64,000 nucleotides of DNA from Callorhinchus milii (GCF_018977255.1 NW_024704743.1:51586001-51650000); one strand, 5' to 3'. Counted from the stretch's first letter, positions 1-13,394 are shown. A program made the numbers and translations. Notes: generated by a model from the letters alone, not told the origin.

Positions 1-654
1 GGCTCCAAAATTAAGACAAATGTAATATTTTTCCAACATTTGCAATGCTCTGAGTGTTAAGAAAATAGTCTAAGCCTGGAACCAGATGGAGGTTCTGGCT
101 CATAAAAGTTCCCCAAAACAATCCAGAGTATTTAGGCTTTATAACTTTCCTAACACCCCTAACCTCTAGAACTCTCTACCTCAATCCCTCTGTCTCATCA
201 CCCCTCCCCCATCCCTCTATCTATCTTTAAATCCCAATTTAAGACTTACCTCTGCAACCTATAGTCACCTCTCACTTCTCATTTGCTTGCTGTCCAACCC
301 CACCTTTGACACACTATCCTACATAAGACACTCCGAGACGCTCTGATTATGCTTCAACTTAAGAAAATTGCTTGAAATCCTTTTGATTGTAACAGATGGT
401 TACACATCTATACTGATATACACCCATTCAACAAATACAAATTTATATTTATATAATGCCTTTCACATTGGGAGATGTTCCAAGGTGTTCAACAATACTG
501 ATTTGGCATCTGAGTTGCAGATTCTGAGTATTCAGAGCAAGATATGCACACAATAACAGCCACAAAAACAATGTAAAATCACATGTGCACACATACGCAC
601 AAAATCTCTTTCCTCTCCCACACACACCATATGTTCTGACAATATTTAAAAAAA

Positions 655-785
655 TGTTTCTATATTGCCTGATCAGAATGAAATGTCTCAAAGTACTTCA
701 CAAATAACGACTCTCCAGTGTTGTGACACTTTACTTAAAGAGAAACAAATCAGTCATTTGCATCAGCAAGATCCCACATCCAACC
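655..785 (-). mobile_element. DeuSINE (SacSINE1-like) 3' fragment, degraded
   Basis: Reverse complement resembles the gtgggatcttgctg...gtgaagtactttgagac 3' half of the copies at 11994 and 46363. Confidence 0.55.
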
Positions 786-2142
786 CTGAGCTGGACGTCA
801 TCCTAAATTTGCTGTTCTGATTCAGACAATTGTCCAAAGCTGATAGAAGTATTACATTTATTTTCCTTAATGTAAAAGTGTGTGGTGGGGGGATGACTCT
901 GTACAGTTAATCACATACTATGTACCTACTTACAGAACCAGTCTCAGTTTAGGAGGTGAATAACCTTCAGCTGCCATTTATCAATGACAAACTTTTTTTA
1001 ATAAATTTTTTGTAAGATTTATTCCCACAGGTCTCTGAACAGGTGGTTCTGCCAGCCCCAGTGGCAATTCCTGCAGGCGTACCTGTTTTTTTACACCACA
1101 TGATGGAGCACTGAGATCTGCACCTCAGATAACTTAAAAGCACAGACAGCATTCAAGTAAATTCCAGACAGGTAATACGCATTGAGGATGTGGTAATGTT
1201 TCATGCATTTAAACCATGTTTTCAGCTTTAATTCACAAAGCACAGCAGATTCAAATAAAAGGCTACGAATCTTAATTGTAATGTGCATTATGCTTTGACT
1301 TATTGATTGAGTACATGTATTTATTAAAATATTTGTCAACATTTTTATGTGATACACCCTCCATTTTTATACCTGCATTCATAGGGATATTATACAAAGG
1401 TTACATTTGACAGACTGAAATATTGCTTTTGGGTTAGATAACAGTAATGAAAGCCATATATACCAACTGCATTACTTTTACATGACATGCACTAACTGTA
1501 TTGATATAAAATATGCTATTTGTAATACAGAGGTGAAAAATGAGATGTTTCATAACTAGTTTGATAATCATTGATTGTGTTGGCGAATCTGTTATGAAAC
1601 ATTGGATTTTCAATTCCATTGTATAATATCCACTGACTGTGTAAGTGTACTGACTTATTATTGTTATATATAAGACAGTTAAATAAAAAACAGTCTATCA
1701 TGTTTTAAATATATAGAGGGAGCCTGTTATATATTACAATGACCATTAACTCTTATTATTTAACAAAATTTCATACTCTAAATTTTTATTTTCCTGTCAT
1801 TTATCCTGGGTACCATTGCATTCTGTATAAAATGCATTGATCATTATTTCATGGAATTTAGAGATTATCACTTGATAACTTGCAGTGAATTGTGTGTTGT
1901 CATTATTGTTTTAATGTGAGCTGAACATTATCAGCACCAGGGAGAAGGGCTGAGATTTGCTGTGACACACGGTACTGTTTACAAATACACCGAGGTAAGA
2001 AAGCTACCATAATTTACAAATAGACCCAGAATAGAATGAAACTGCCCCTTGGAAAAATCCACATTTTAAAAACATATTATTATACAGAGAAAATGCAGTC
2101 AAAGCTGTAACGCCTCATGGTTTCCTTTATGGTCTTGAGGTG

Positions 2143-2340
2143 TGCCTCCTTCAAGGCACGTCTCAAGAACCTCCTTTTCGACCGCGCCTTTGGCAACCCT
2201 CCTACCCTCCCTGCCCTCTACCCTCCCTGATCCCAGCTTCCTGCTCAGGTCCAAATCCCTGACTGTGCAGGGTGTTCGGATGTCCTCTCAACGTGAAAGA
2301 CTCTATACAAATCTAATTTGTATTTTGTAATTTTGTATTA
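2143..2340 (+). mobile_element. L2 LINE 3' end
   Basis: Encodes ASFKARLKNLLFD-type ORF2 end, then C-rich 3' UTR, stem-loop tail and short tandem repeat; similar to the copies at 10047 and 53384. Confidence 0.8.
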
Positions 2341-2675
2341 TATTCTCATTCATGATGTTGTGCTATTTGCAAACCATCTGGATGTGACCTTTGAAATCTG
2401 CCAAAATGTGAAAATTGGCAGAGAGAGAAACAGATCAACGAGCTTTGACTTTCCATCTTTAGGAATTCACGTTTTACTGAAATTAGGAATGCACAATTAT
2501 GGATTTGTGACTATCACAAATTAATTGGCAAAAAAGTTACCAGTTTGTATCACCCCTCTCATTATGACTTCTTGTCTTTGATATTGTGCTTGATTACATT
2601 GAAATTTCTCAAAGAATTTCACTGAGTTTTTTGCTACAAAGTGTAGTGATTATCAATCTTTAATGTTTGCTTAAA

Positions 2676-2840
2676 CAGGCAGACAGAACCTTGGTTTAAC
2701 ATATCATTTGATGAATGGCACCTCTCCCCCAACTCTGCACTGCAGTGCAGATTATGATTTTAAGGTTCTTAGGCGGGATTTAAACCCAAAACCTTCTAAC
2801 ACTGAGGCAAAAATCCTGCTGACTGAGCTAAAATGACATC
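2676..2840 (-). mobile_element. DeuSINE 5' part (tRNA-like head plus start of central domain)
   Basis: Reverse complement gives tgtca..ttagctcagtc...tcagtgttagaaggttttgggtttaaatccc...ttaaaccaagg, matching the 11994 copy. Confidence 0.65.
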
Positions 2841-3202
2841 TGTACCTCCTCATGGCTGGTAATGGGCCTTGGCATATGGAAAATATCTAAATTGTTTTGC
2901 AATAAACCTAAATAACTAAATTAATTGTATTATAATTACTAATCTTTCAGTATGAATGACATCACAAATCAATGGCACGTAAGATTTTAGAAATATCTGA
3001 TAGTGTGGCTCCCAGATGGCTCAGCAAGTTTATTCACTAAGAAATTGAGTTATACAAATCAGGTAGATGCCCACTTTTTTAATGGTTTTACACCACTGAG
3101 GATGCTTTAGTGCCTCAAGGGTGGGGAGTGGGAGTCAAATAATAAAATGGATATTCACTTCACTGCTGTGTGGAAATTTGCTGCTGGTCTTATGATCACT
3201 AT

Positions 3203-4175
3203 CATAAGAACATAAGAGCACAAAAAATGCTAGTTGAAAAAAGACCAAAGTCCATCTGGTTTGCTTTCCACTTTCCTGGGGTTCACATGCACATATGTCC
3301 CAAACTACCTATGTACTATAACCCATAATGTTATTTCCTAAAAGAAAACATTCCAATCTGTGTTTGAAAGAGTTAACACTTCCTGCTTCAACCATCTCCC
3401 CAGGGAGCCTGTTCCACAGGTTCACTATTCTCTCACTGAAATAGTGTTTGCATAGATTCGTTTTGAATTTACCCCACTTCAATTGGAGGCCGTGTCCTCT
3501 GGTTCTCCTATTCTGGATAAGTTGAAACAGCCTGTTATGATCTATATTGTTTTGCCCCTTTAGAATCTTAAAGACAGCAATCATGTCGCCTCTCAATCTT
3601 CTCTTTTCCAGCGTGAACATGACCACTTTTACTCAGTCATTCCTCATAGTCCAGTCCTTCCATTCCTTCAATCATTTTGGTTGCCCTCCTCTGTATCTTC
3701 TCGATTTTTCCAATATCCTTTTTGTACTGCGGCGACCGGAACTGTACACAGTACTCTAAGTATGGCATCACCAATGATTTATACAGTGGCAGGATTATCC
3801 CACTATTTTGACTTGCTGTTAATCTGTTGATAGATCCCAACATCTGGTTTGCTTTATTCACTACCACAGAGCATTGTTGGGAGAACTTCAATTTATTGTC
3901 AATCAGGACCCCAGATCCTTTTCATTTTCCATACCTATTATTTTCCTTCCGTTCAAATAATAGTCCCTCCCAGGAGTTTTTGTCCCAATATGAAATACTT
4001 TACATTTCTCCACATTGAATTTCATCTGCCACCGATCTGCCCAATTCCCAAGTACGTTCAAATCCTCCTGTAACCTATCTTGTCCAGCTTCAAAATCTAC
4101 CACCTTCATTAGCTTAGTGTCATTTGCAAACTTAATCACTGTGCTTGCGACTCCTAATTCCAGATCATGTATATG
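3203..4175 (-). mobile_element. CR1 LINE, 5'-truncated (RT C-terminal region and 3' UTR), frameshifted
   Basis: ORF fragments KFANDTKL (FADD motif), WQMKFNVEKCKV, LVMPYLEYCVQF, LEKRRLRGDMI, VNLWNRLP; terminal (TTCTTATG)n-type repeat at 3203-3218. Confidence 0.95.
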
Positions 4176-4499
4176 TCCTTCACAGTAAATACTGTGGCAT
4201 GCTTTGAGATAGTTTGACATGGTATAACAAAGGCAATTGTTTTTTTACTTGAAGGTGACTAGTACAATATGCAGATTTACCACTGCAAAAGAAAATGAAT
4301 CAAAACACCTTAAGGCAAGAAGGGGAAAGAAAAAAAAGGCAAAAATAAAATAAGTGTTGTTAGCAACCAAACATACCAAAAAAATAATAAAATGAAGCCA
4401 GGACGTTTACAGTTTACATACAGGGCAACAATCCCTTTATTGTTTATCCTGGTTTAGTGCTAGTTAGTTTATAGGACTATGGATTAGGATACACTGGAG

Positions 4500-4985
4500 G
4501 TGTAGTAGGCAGGCAGAGAATGTATACATGTTAGCTGATCATTGATATTAAAGTTCAGCACAGATAATCACAAGTTACTGCAAATGGGAAGTAAACACAT
4601 GTGCTCCACAGATGGGACAGAACTTGCCATGGGGCAATGTGAACAACACCTAAATGAATTAATTGACTCATCGCTCACCCAGTTGAAACAGGATGAGATA
4701 GAAATAAACAAATCAGATACTGGGCTATATTGCCAAATCATTTGAGTACAGATGCTTAGAAGTTATGTTCAAGCTTTTCAACACTCTGGTTAGGCCACAC
4801 CTAGAAATTAATTTACAGTTCTGGTTGCTGTGATATAAGTCAGTGTGAAGCAAAACTTATGTGACACAATGAAGGCGACTCCCAGAGTGAGAGGAATGAG
4901 ACACTTGGAATGATTGGATAAGCCTTGAATAGAGCAGGACAAATACAGATATATAAGATACTATACAGGATTGAGAAAGTAAACT
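4500..4985 (+). mobile_element. CR1 LINE fragment, highly degraded
   Basis: ctggttaggccacacctagaa = LVRPHLE followed by QFW, typical of the CR1 ORF2 C-terminus. Confidence 0.7.
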
Positions 4986-6595
4986 TACAACATCATCTTG
5001 GAAGTTGAGCAATGCTTCATATATGTAAAACCTTTGAAATTTTTTTCACTGTTTGCTACTGAAATAATGATAGCAGAGAGCATCAGATGTCCATTATTTA
5101 AGTAGAAGCGATCGGAAAAAAGTTTCTCAAAGACTCCACACATGCGCAAAGAGTTTAAAGCTATCTTGCAGCTTGCGCTTTCAGTCGTATCATAGTGGAA
5201 ACTCACTGCAGATGCAGTGGGAGATCCGAAATCTGACTTCCAAAAAGGAAACAGATACATTTGCCAGTAAAACCACATTCTTTTCATTCTGATAGTGGTC
5301 AGGCATCACCAACAAAATCGCAATCAACAAGCAACAAAAGCTATATTGCTACATGTAATATCTGTAGCTGTATTACTGATTAAAGCTCAAATGTCAGCAC
5401 CTCCACTGTCACTGTAATGTAAAAGTAGGACTAAAATATATGAACTAGGGATATACTAATAACTGTGTGGGTCCATGTGAAGCTCTGTGCCAAATGTCAA
5501 GCTAGTGCAGATGCTCTATTCAGAGGGCATATTAACCAGTGCATAAACACATTCACTGATTTTATGCCAATAAATACATTGCACTAAACAGTAACCATTT
5601 TTACCTTCAAAAATCATCTGCATAACAAAACTAACATTTTATATCTGTCAAAATAATGCTTGTCACTACTTGGCAGTAGCAGAAAAAAAGGGGATTTTTG
5701 TTTAAAGGAAACAAAGATGTTTACAGGACCAGATGTGATTATATTACTTTCTGAACTTGAACAAGGTGACCTGCGAAACCTTTGGCCTTTGCGATTCTTC
5801 AATGTGACTCTTTCAACATTGGTTAATTTTAATAATCCAAATGAATTGCTTTACATTTGTATGTCTCCGCTGCTGAGGCCAGGTTTTTTAATTCACTAAA
5901 GAGATCTGTCTTTATTTAACACCGTTAAGCAGCTATTGTAAAAGACAAAAAGACTAAATAGCTTGACATCAAGCTTATTAGGCCTGTTGGAAACATTTGC
6001 AATTCAAGGCCACACCACAAGCCGACACAAGGTGATAAGAGTGCACAAAGTTAAGGGGAAAACACAGACCTCTCAAAGGAAATTCTTCAATAACCCGATA
6101 ATTGTTTGTAATTCTTAAAGTGTTTTTGGGGTAGTAGGAAAATCAAAGAAAACAAAATAGGAATGAGCTTGACAAGGAAACAAGAGTAGGGGGGAAATAA
6201 ACAAGGTGTGCTAAGTTCCCCCAACATGCGATCAAATTAAGAAAGAATATCTGCATAACCAAACTGGCTTTTATTGCCAGAGGCTGTATGAATGCAATTA
6301 TGATTTTTTCCCTTCCTGTTTACTGATTTAGAAATACATTAAATATGAGAATGAATTACACACATGGTCTATCTTGTTTACACTTTTAATCCTAGCTGGG
6401 TGGAAAGGAAATTGGAGGAAGGGCATGGTTGTGAGAAGTATGATAAAAACTGAATGAAAAATGTAAAGGTGAAAAACACTGGTGTTATTGGGTTTTGGAT
6501 AACAATGCAGGAGCTGTCAATCTAATCAGCAATGCCTTTCCTTTGCAAATGGAAGGACTTGATTCTTCATCAAAACATGGTTCAGATGGAATTCA

Positions 6596-6925
6596 TAATA
6601 ATCCTTGCATTTAATATAACATCTTACAACATTGTCGTGACGTCTCAAAACATTTGATAGGATTTACTGTGAAGTGTATTTGTGACAAACACAGCAGCCA
6701 ATTTATGCACAGCAATGTCCTACAAATAGCCATGACGTGAATGACCAATTTTATTTGGGGGATTGTTGGCCAGGTCCCAAGGAGAATAGTACCATGGGAT
6801 CTTTCACGTCCACCTGAAAAGGCTGACAGGTCCTCGGGTAATATCTAATCTGAAGGATGGCACTTCCAACAATACAGCTCACCCCCAGCACTACATTGGA
6901 GTATCATCTTAGATTGTGAGTTCAA
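6596..6925 (-). mobile_element. DeuSINE (SacSINE1-like), head missing
   Basis: Reverse complement has caggtggacgtgaaagatcccatggtact central domain and the L2-type tail ending in (att)n. Confidence 0.85.
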
Positions 6926-6954
6926 TTTGCTTGACTCCGTTTTACCATTGTGAT

Positions 6955-7085
6955 ACAATTCCAGGCACCTCGTCCAAGTGGCCATTGCTTACATGCCCAC
7001 CCGACAATGTTTGTTTTCAGGTCATTCGCTGGGGGGCATTGTAGCTGAGCCTGATCTAACACCTCACCCACCATCTGCAAGTATC
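6955..7085 (-). mobile_element. Old SINE-like family B fragment
   Basis: Reverse complement gggtgagg..gatcaggctcagctacaatgcc...aatggccacttgg matches 13630-13735 and 30205-30300. Confidence 0.6.
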
Positions 7086-7574
7086 AGGTTTGTATAAATA
7101 CTGCCTTAATCCATTACTAGGCCAGCGGAACCCCTTCTGTTCTACAATGTGTGTCAAATGACTGTGAATTGCTTGCTATTTGAAATTATTTCACTAGCAC
7201 ACATTTATAGATCGTGAGAGTGTTGGCTGTGTAGGGGGCAACCTGGTAATCGGCAGCGAGATGCAGGAACACAGTAACAAGGACTTGTTGGGGTCCAGGC
7301 CAGGCTAAATAATTGAGCTTTGTGAATCTCAAAGGTCTGCAATTTCTCATGGACTTGAAAATAATTTATAATAATCCTTACATTTTATATAGCGCCTTTC
7401 ATAATGAAAGGACATCTCAAAGTGCTTCACAGGATTTAGTGTAAAGAGTAGTCACGGTGAATTTTATATTTTGTGCATCTCAGTGTAATCTACACCAGCC
7501 TAATCTAAACACCATAGCTATTTACAGGTGAATCCACCCAATTCTATCATGAAACCACACTCAATTTTTTTTTT

Positions 7575-7900
7575 TTGGGGTGTCAGATGGGTGTCTGACA
7601 CATGTGGAAACCCATCACCATGCTGGGTATCCAAACCAAACAGATTTCCATGGCATCCCACCTCACATGGAAATTCCAGAGATAGATTGTTGGAATTGAG
7701 CACACACTCTCTCCCCCTTTAGGGATGCATCCTGCTTACCTAATTCCAGAAAATATTAGGCTCAGGTTAGCAATAGCCAAGCCTTGGGGACCCCAGAGTG
7801 TGCGTAGGGTGGAGTGTACAAGACTGGAGTCTAACCAGCTAAAGCAAGTTAGAATCCTAAATCCCAATTTTGTAGCATCCCAACCAGATGAAGCAAGACA
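7575..7900 (+). mobile_element. Old SINE-like family C body
   Basis: Shares tcaccatgctg, cacatggaaatt, gatgcat.ctgct.a.ctaatt and ttgg.gaccc motifs with 50735-50960 and 40070-40240. Confidence 0.65.
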
Positions 7901-8854
7901 AGCGGATTCATAAAACCAGCTTGCAATTATATTGAATTCAAGAATTGTCCCAAATTCTGCCCCATGGTACATTTTAAGACACTGGTCTTAAGGCTAAGAC
8001 CATCAGGTATGTTGGGTCCTTGCTGGTGTTTAAGCAAGAAGCAGCAGTTTGACAATTCCGTAACATCTTTTAAACTAAAATCATCAAGCTGATAAAAGAA
8101 TATCTCCTGTCTTTTTAAGGGAAGCAGAAACTTTAATTTATTCCAACCAAAGCAACAGGGCTCCATATCAGCAGTAGACAGTGCTTCACTGCTGAACTGA
8201 CAGTGACAAGAGTAATCCATCATGTCATCAGTACTCTGATGGCTGTACCAGCACCTTGTCTCTGTATGTGTGTGGAGAAGACTATGTGGCAAGCCAGGAA
8301 GCAAGTAACACTTAACCCCCGCAAGCTTCATGTTCCTGCTGAGCCCACAACAACCTCTGTCATGTCAGAGAGGCCTACCTCAGTGACAGCAAATCTATAC
8401 CAACCAAGAAAATCTACAGTCGTGGCATCTCTGTGCCATGTAGCCTTGTAATAACATGAAAACATATCATGAGTATCACTGAAAGAAACACCTTAATGAT
8501 TTGGTATAACACAACTACAGGAACAAGGGCATTTTAAAGTCTGAAACATCTTCTTTTAGCTTTAAAGAATAGCATTGAACACATTTTTTTAAGTAAAGTG
8601 AGAAAAGGAATCTATATCATGGGATGAATCGGGATTTATCAAAAATACAATCTGGTTGCTGTTAGATTGTTACTGAATCAATTTGAGGCTCTGTGTTGCT
8701 GTTGCCATACACAGGAGAGTCCCATACAGCACATCTCATTTATAATGCTATTCAGGTCTAACCCCATTCAATTAAAAATCTTAACATTTTCCTGCCTAAA
8801 AATCCAAATTCTGATATTACACCATTCATTAGAATGCAGCACAACAAGGTGTTT

Positions 8855-9234
8855 ATAATAATAATAATATAGTAATCATTGTATTTGATATAGCGCTTTT
8901 CATGTCTTTGAGACATCTCAAAGCGCTTCACAGATTGTACTGTAGAGTGAATTGACTGTATATTTGTGGGCGAAACATAGTAGCCAAATGCGCAAGGCAG
9001 TGTCCCACAAACAGCAGTGGATTGACTTACCAAATTATTATTGGGATTCTTTTCAGCATTATTATCCCCGGAAAAGTGTTCCACTAATTGACCAATAACC
9101 GGGTTCCTCCTTACTGTTAGGTAAACAGAGGTGTGTGCAGTAAGGAAACTTGCCCAGCATTTCGCCCTGCGGGAAAAGGACCCATGTCTCTCGCTTGCGA
9201 GGTGAGTGTTCTAACCACTGAGCTACAGGACTCC
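8855..9234 (-). mobile_element. tRNA-derived SINE family A, long form, full length
   Basis: Head ggagtcctgtagctcagtggttag (A box) with degenerate B box, central insert, L2-type stem-loop tail and (att)n. Confidence 0.92.
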
Positions 9235-9912
9235 ACGAAGCAGGACTATTTGGAAGCACAATGCATGGTGATGGAGCAGTACATACCATGAAACACTAGC
9301 AATGTGAATGACCAGTGACCACTATTGATCATGATCTGTTTCAAGACGGGATGCAATTTTAAAGATCTCAACTTCTACTTTATAACTGGGTCATCCTGTC
9401 CCTCCAAGTGCTGACAGTTACCTGTCAGCAAGCCATGAGGCAATATTTTAAATAGAATGCCCTATTTATGCTTCATGCTAAGACAGTTATTTACCCAAAG
9501 AATCACATGATTTGGCTAATCTACTCCATTGTGTTTATTATTTTTGTAGTTAAATTCCATTCCACTAAAAAACATTAATTGTCATTGGTTCAAAACAGAA
9601 AGTTTCTGCATCATTCTTTCCTCGATCAAAACATGTTGAATACAATAATACAATGCAAATTTACATTTCTATACCACCTTTCACATTGTGAGGATGTCCC
9701 AAAAACTACCAATAACTGGAGGTACACATTGCCATAATGTGAGAATTCCACTTCTGAATAGCATTCCTGCAGATCAACGGGATTCCTGAGAAAAGGGTGA
9801 AAAATACCACATATGACATGATAGTTATCACTGTGATAATCATCACATTGACTAATGGTTCTAGCAAGATGGTCGATAGTCCACAGTGACCGTGGGGGTA
9901 GTTATCCCCTCC

Positions 9913-9941
9913 ACACACAAACACGCGCACACACACACACA
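9913..9941. repeat. Imperfect (CA)n microsatellite
   Basis: acacacaaacacgcgcacacacacacaca. Confidence 0.8.
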
Positions 9942-10571
9942 GATTCATAGACTGGATCTAAAGCTAGGCCAAAGATTTCAGTGTCCACCATTGCTTTGCC
10001 AACAACGTAGTAGTACTCAGCCCCTTCAACAACTAATTTGCTCCATGCAACAACAACAACAAAATTACTTTGAATAGTGCCTTTCATGTCGGGAGGATGT
10101 CCCAAGGCACGAGAAAGTCAGTGTTTCGGACCCGAGCTGGGGGTCGGGATTGGAGAGGGTGGAGGACGGTGGGGGGAAAGGAGGGTGATTGAAAGCACAG
10201 TCAAAGAGGAGGGTCTTGAGAAAGGTCTTGAAGGAGGCAAGGGAGGTGGCACGGTGGAGGGACTGCAGGATGGAGTTCCAGGGGGTGGGGGCAGAGTGGC
10301 AGAAGGTCCTTCTGCCAATGGTGGGGCGGGCGAGGCGAGGGACGTGAAGCAGGCTGGAGCCCATTGAGTGGAGGGAGCGGGCAGGTTGGTTGGGAGTTAG
10401 GAGGTCACAGAAGTAGTGGGGAACGAGGCCATCGAAGGCTTTGAAGATGAGGACCAGGATCTTGAACTGTGTCCTCCGTGTAATGGGAAGCCAGTAGAGT
10501 CGGGCGAGGATGGGGGTGATAGAGTCACGGTAATTGGTGCGATAGAGGACATGGGCTGCAAATTTCTGATT

Positions 10572-11074
10572 GAAGTGTTTCTGCCGATTCGATAACGTCT
10601 TTTAAAAACGCGGTGGACGGGCATTTGAGGAGGACGGGTTTGCAGGGTTATGGGGAAAGGCTGGGGAGTGGGATTGACATTAATTGCTCTATTCAAAGAG
10701 CCGGCACAAACTTGATGGGCCAAATGGCCTCTTTTTGTGCTGTACAAAAAGCGAGAGCACTCGTCTTGCAAGCGAGACACCTCGGTTCAATTCCCGGCAG
10801 GGCGAAACCTTGGGCAAGTTTCCTTACTCCACATGCCTAATGATAATCCCTCCAAAACAAAACAATAATAAATTGGTCATTTTCAATCCACGACTGGGAC
10901 ACTGCTGTGCGCAATTGGCTGCCTCATTTCGCCCACAAATATACAGTCAATTCACTTTACAGTCTATTCTGTGAAGAGCTTTGAGACGTCGAGAAGACGT
11001 GAAAAGCGCTATATCAAATGCAAGGATTATTATTATTATTATTACAATTCTATGATTCTGTCTATAATTCTATG
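10572..11074 (+). mobile_element. CR1 3' tail inserted in L2, itself split by a SINE
   Basis: gatgggccaaatggcctc..tgtgctgta before the SINE; terminal attctatg repeats resume at 11047-11074. Confidence 0.85.
10753..11043 (+). mobile_element. SINE family A, short form, slightly 5'-truncated
   Basis: Near-identical to 42557 and 47976 copies; B box ggttcaattcc; (att)n tail. Confidence 0.93.
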
Positions 11075-11993
11075 GAGGGAGGACTTGGGGAGGCCGACAA
11101 GCAAGAAGTTTGTATGGTCAAGCCTGGATGTTATGAATGCGTGTATGAGGGTTTCGGTGGCCTGCGGTGTGAGACAGTGGTGGAGCTGGGCGATAATGCT
11201 GGGGTGGGGGCAGGCAGAGCGGGTCATGGCATGGATGTTTAGTAGAAAGGATAGTTGAGAGTTTTCAGATTGGCTTAGCAAGGTGGAAGATGCATCCTTG
11301 GATGGTGATGTTGTTGAAGAGGAAAGGGAGGTTGGAGATGGGGCAGTAGTTTGAGAGCAGTGATGGGTTCAGGGAGGGATTTTTAAGGATAGGAGTGATG
11401 ATGGCCGTTTTTAAAGGGGTGGGAATGGTACTAGTGGACACGGATAGGTTTATGATGTCTGTGAATAGATGGGCAAGGAGGAGGAGCTGGGAGTGAAGCA
11501 GAGGGTTAGGGATGGGGTCGAGGGAGCAGGTGGTCGGCTTCATGCGGGTTTTAGTGGTGGTGAGAGAGGAGCGGGAGACAGGTTTGAAGTTGTGGAGGGA
11601 ATGATAGGTAGGGGCTGGGATGTGAATGGAAGATGCTGAGGGTGTAATAGACAGAAAGGCTGAGGCAGATGAGTGGATCCCCTCGACTTTGGATTTGAGG
11701 AAGTGCAGAATCGCCTTGCAGTTGGCATTGGAGGTGAGGATGGGTGAGGCATGAGAGGGTGATTGGAGGAGCCAGTTAGTAATGGAGAAGAGGAGCTTGG
11801 GGTTTTTCTTGGCCTCCAAGATTGTCTTGGATGCAACATTTGAACTGTGATATGCAATTAAGGATCATGCATTTGTTTTCACATATACACCCATCATAAT
11901 TTTTCTAGTCAATCTTAAACTTAAGCATTCCAAGATGCTACCCTGTGAAGGGCACTAAATAAATAAAAGTTGTTATTGTTAAACTGGTGTCTG

Positions 11994-12838
11994 GTGTCAG
12001 CCTGGCTTAGTTGGTAACAATCTCACCTCTGAACCAGAAGATTGTGGGCGAAAGTCTCAAGAGCTCACAATCTTGGCTGCTACAGGAGTGAAGTCCTGGA
12101 GGGAGGGGGGCGTTTCATTGTTGGAGGTGATGTTCTTTGGATAAAATGTTAAATCGAGGTCCCATCTGCCTGTTCAAGTGCATGTTAAAGATCCCATGGT
12201 ACAATTTGAAAAGAGAAGGGAGTCTCCCTGGTGGCCAAGCCAACAATCCCCAACTAAAATTGGTCACTCAATTGGTGGATGTTTATGGGATATTTGTGTG
12301 TGCAAATTGGCTACTGCGTTCATCTCCAAAATACAATGCTATTTACATTTATTTTTTAAAAACTTTATTTATTTATTTATATATATAATATTTGGTACAA
12401 CAGAAATCGAAACACAACACAACATACAAAATCTTCTGTTACAATTTTTTCCTTTCTCCCGATACAAAAAACCATCCGTTGTTTACTGTACACTCCTTCA
12501 CCGCACATAGGTTTGCACACTTTTATGAGATACTCACTTTAAAACAGTCGGGAATCACCCCTGTGTACACCACATCCATGTGCGCGCCCACACACATCCT
12601 GATAGGGTGCACTTGCTGCTTTTGGAAGGCGCCCCAATGTTCACTGTACAAGTTACATTTATACAACAACAACAACATCTTGCATTTATATAGTGCCCCT
12701 CATGCAGGGTAGTGTTCCGGAGCACTTGTACAGCGCCCTTCACATCACAGTCATTACATTTCACTGTAAATCCTGTGTGCTTTGAGAACCCTCAACAAAC
12801 CAATAAAGTGCTATATCAAATGCATCATTATTATTATT
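11994..12838 (+). mobile_element. DeuSINE (SacSINE1-like), interrupted at about 12353-12740
   Basis: Head gtgtcagcctggcttagttggta, central aaagatcccatggtac..tttgaa domain, gtgcaaattggct; the tail resumes near 12745. Confidence 0.85.
12353..12652 (-). mobile_element. Unidentified retroposed fragment with AATAAA/A-rich tail and 10-bp TSD
   Basis: ttacatttat direct repeat at 12343-12352 and 12653-12662; minus strand ends aaataaataaataaagtttttaaaaa. Confidence 0.6.
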
Positions 12839-13394
12839 AATAAACTGAAAGGCTTGTTATGGGGCTGAAACGCTCATATATTAAAAAAGCTAAATGATTT
12901 AAACAGGCTTGAGCAACATATTTTAGTTTGGGGTAAGTTCCTATTGGAGTGAAAAAAATCCATAAACACGTGTTTTATTTTTCTTATCAGACTGACCTGC
13001 TGTGAGTTAATGCATTAAGTTCATGTATATTCAAAAATCTCTAATCACAGCTCAGTCTAATTAACATACATTTAAATACTGATGAATTGTCTGTGGCTGG
13101 TGGAGAAGCCGCATTGATTGACAGCTCGGAATGCATATCCTGGTAGCAGCAAAGCCTGTTTAGCAAGATCTCAACAGTGTGCATCATGTGATAGACCTTT
13201 ATAATTGCTTGGCATACAAACAGAATGACGGAAACAGTCAGTCCGTCAGAAAATCAACACTCTACTTGAAAATAAATATTGAAACCTTTGCACCTTTACT
13301 GTGCTCTCTACGTTACCTGCTTTAAAAATATTTATTGGTAGTTGCAACATTAGATACTGTTAATGCTGCAGCTGGCAGGGCTCCCCTAAATCGA

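Larger units (their letters stand above)
10047..11825 (-). mobile_element. L2 LINE, 5'-truncated, internally deleted, interrupted at about 10570-11070
   Basis: ORF fragments TTCSLDPIP, NYCPISNLPFL, IHAFITSRLDH, ITPILARLYWLP, ASFKTFLKTLLFD; (ttg)n tail at 10047. Confidence 0.93.

Noticed and set aside
1935..1994. Plus-strand 60-nt exon candidate ending GAG/GTAAGA
   Set aside because: Acceptor lacks a polypyrimidine tract and the peptides are unrecognisable.
3309..4220. Three consecutive protein-like ORFs
   Set aside because: Frameshifted CR1 reverse-transcriptase remnants with a mutated catalytic motif; not a host gene.
11265..11819. Longest ORF in the window (184 aa)
   Set aside because: L2 ORF2 fragment ending at an internal deletion.
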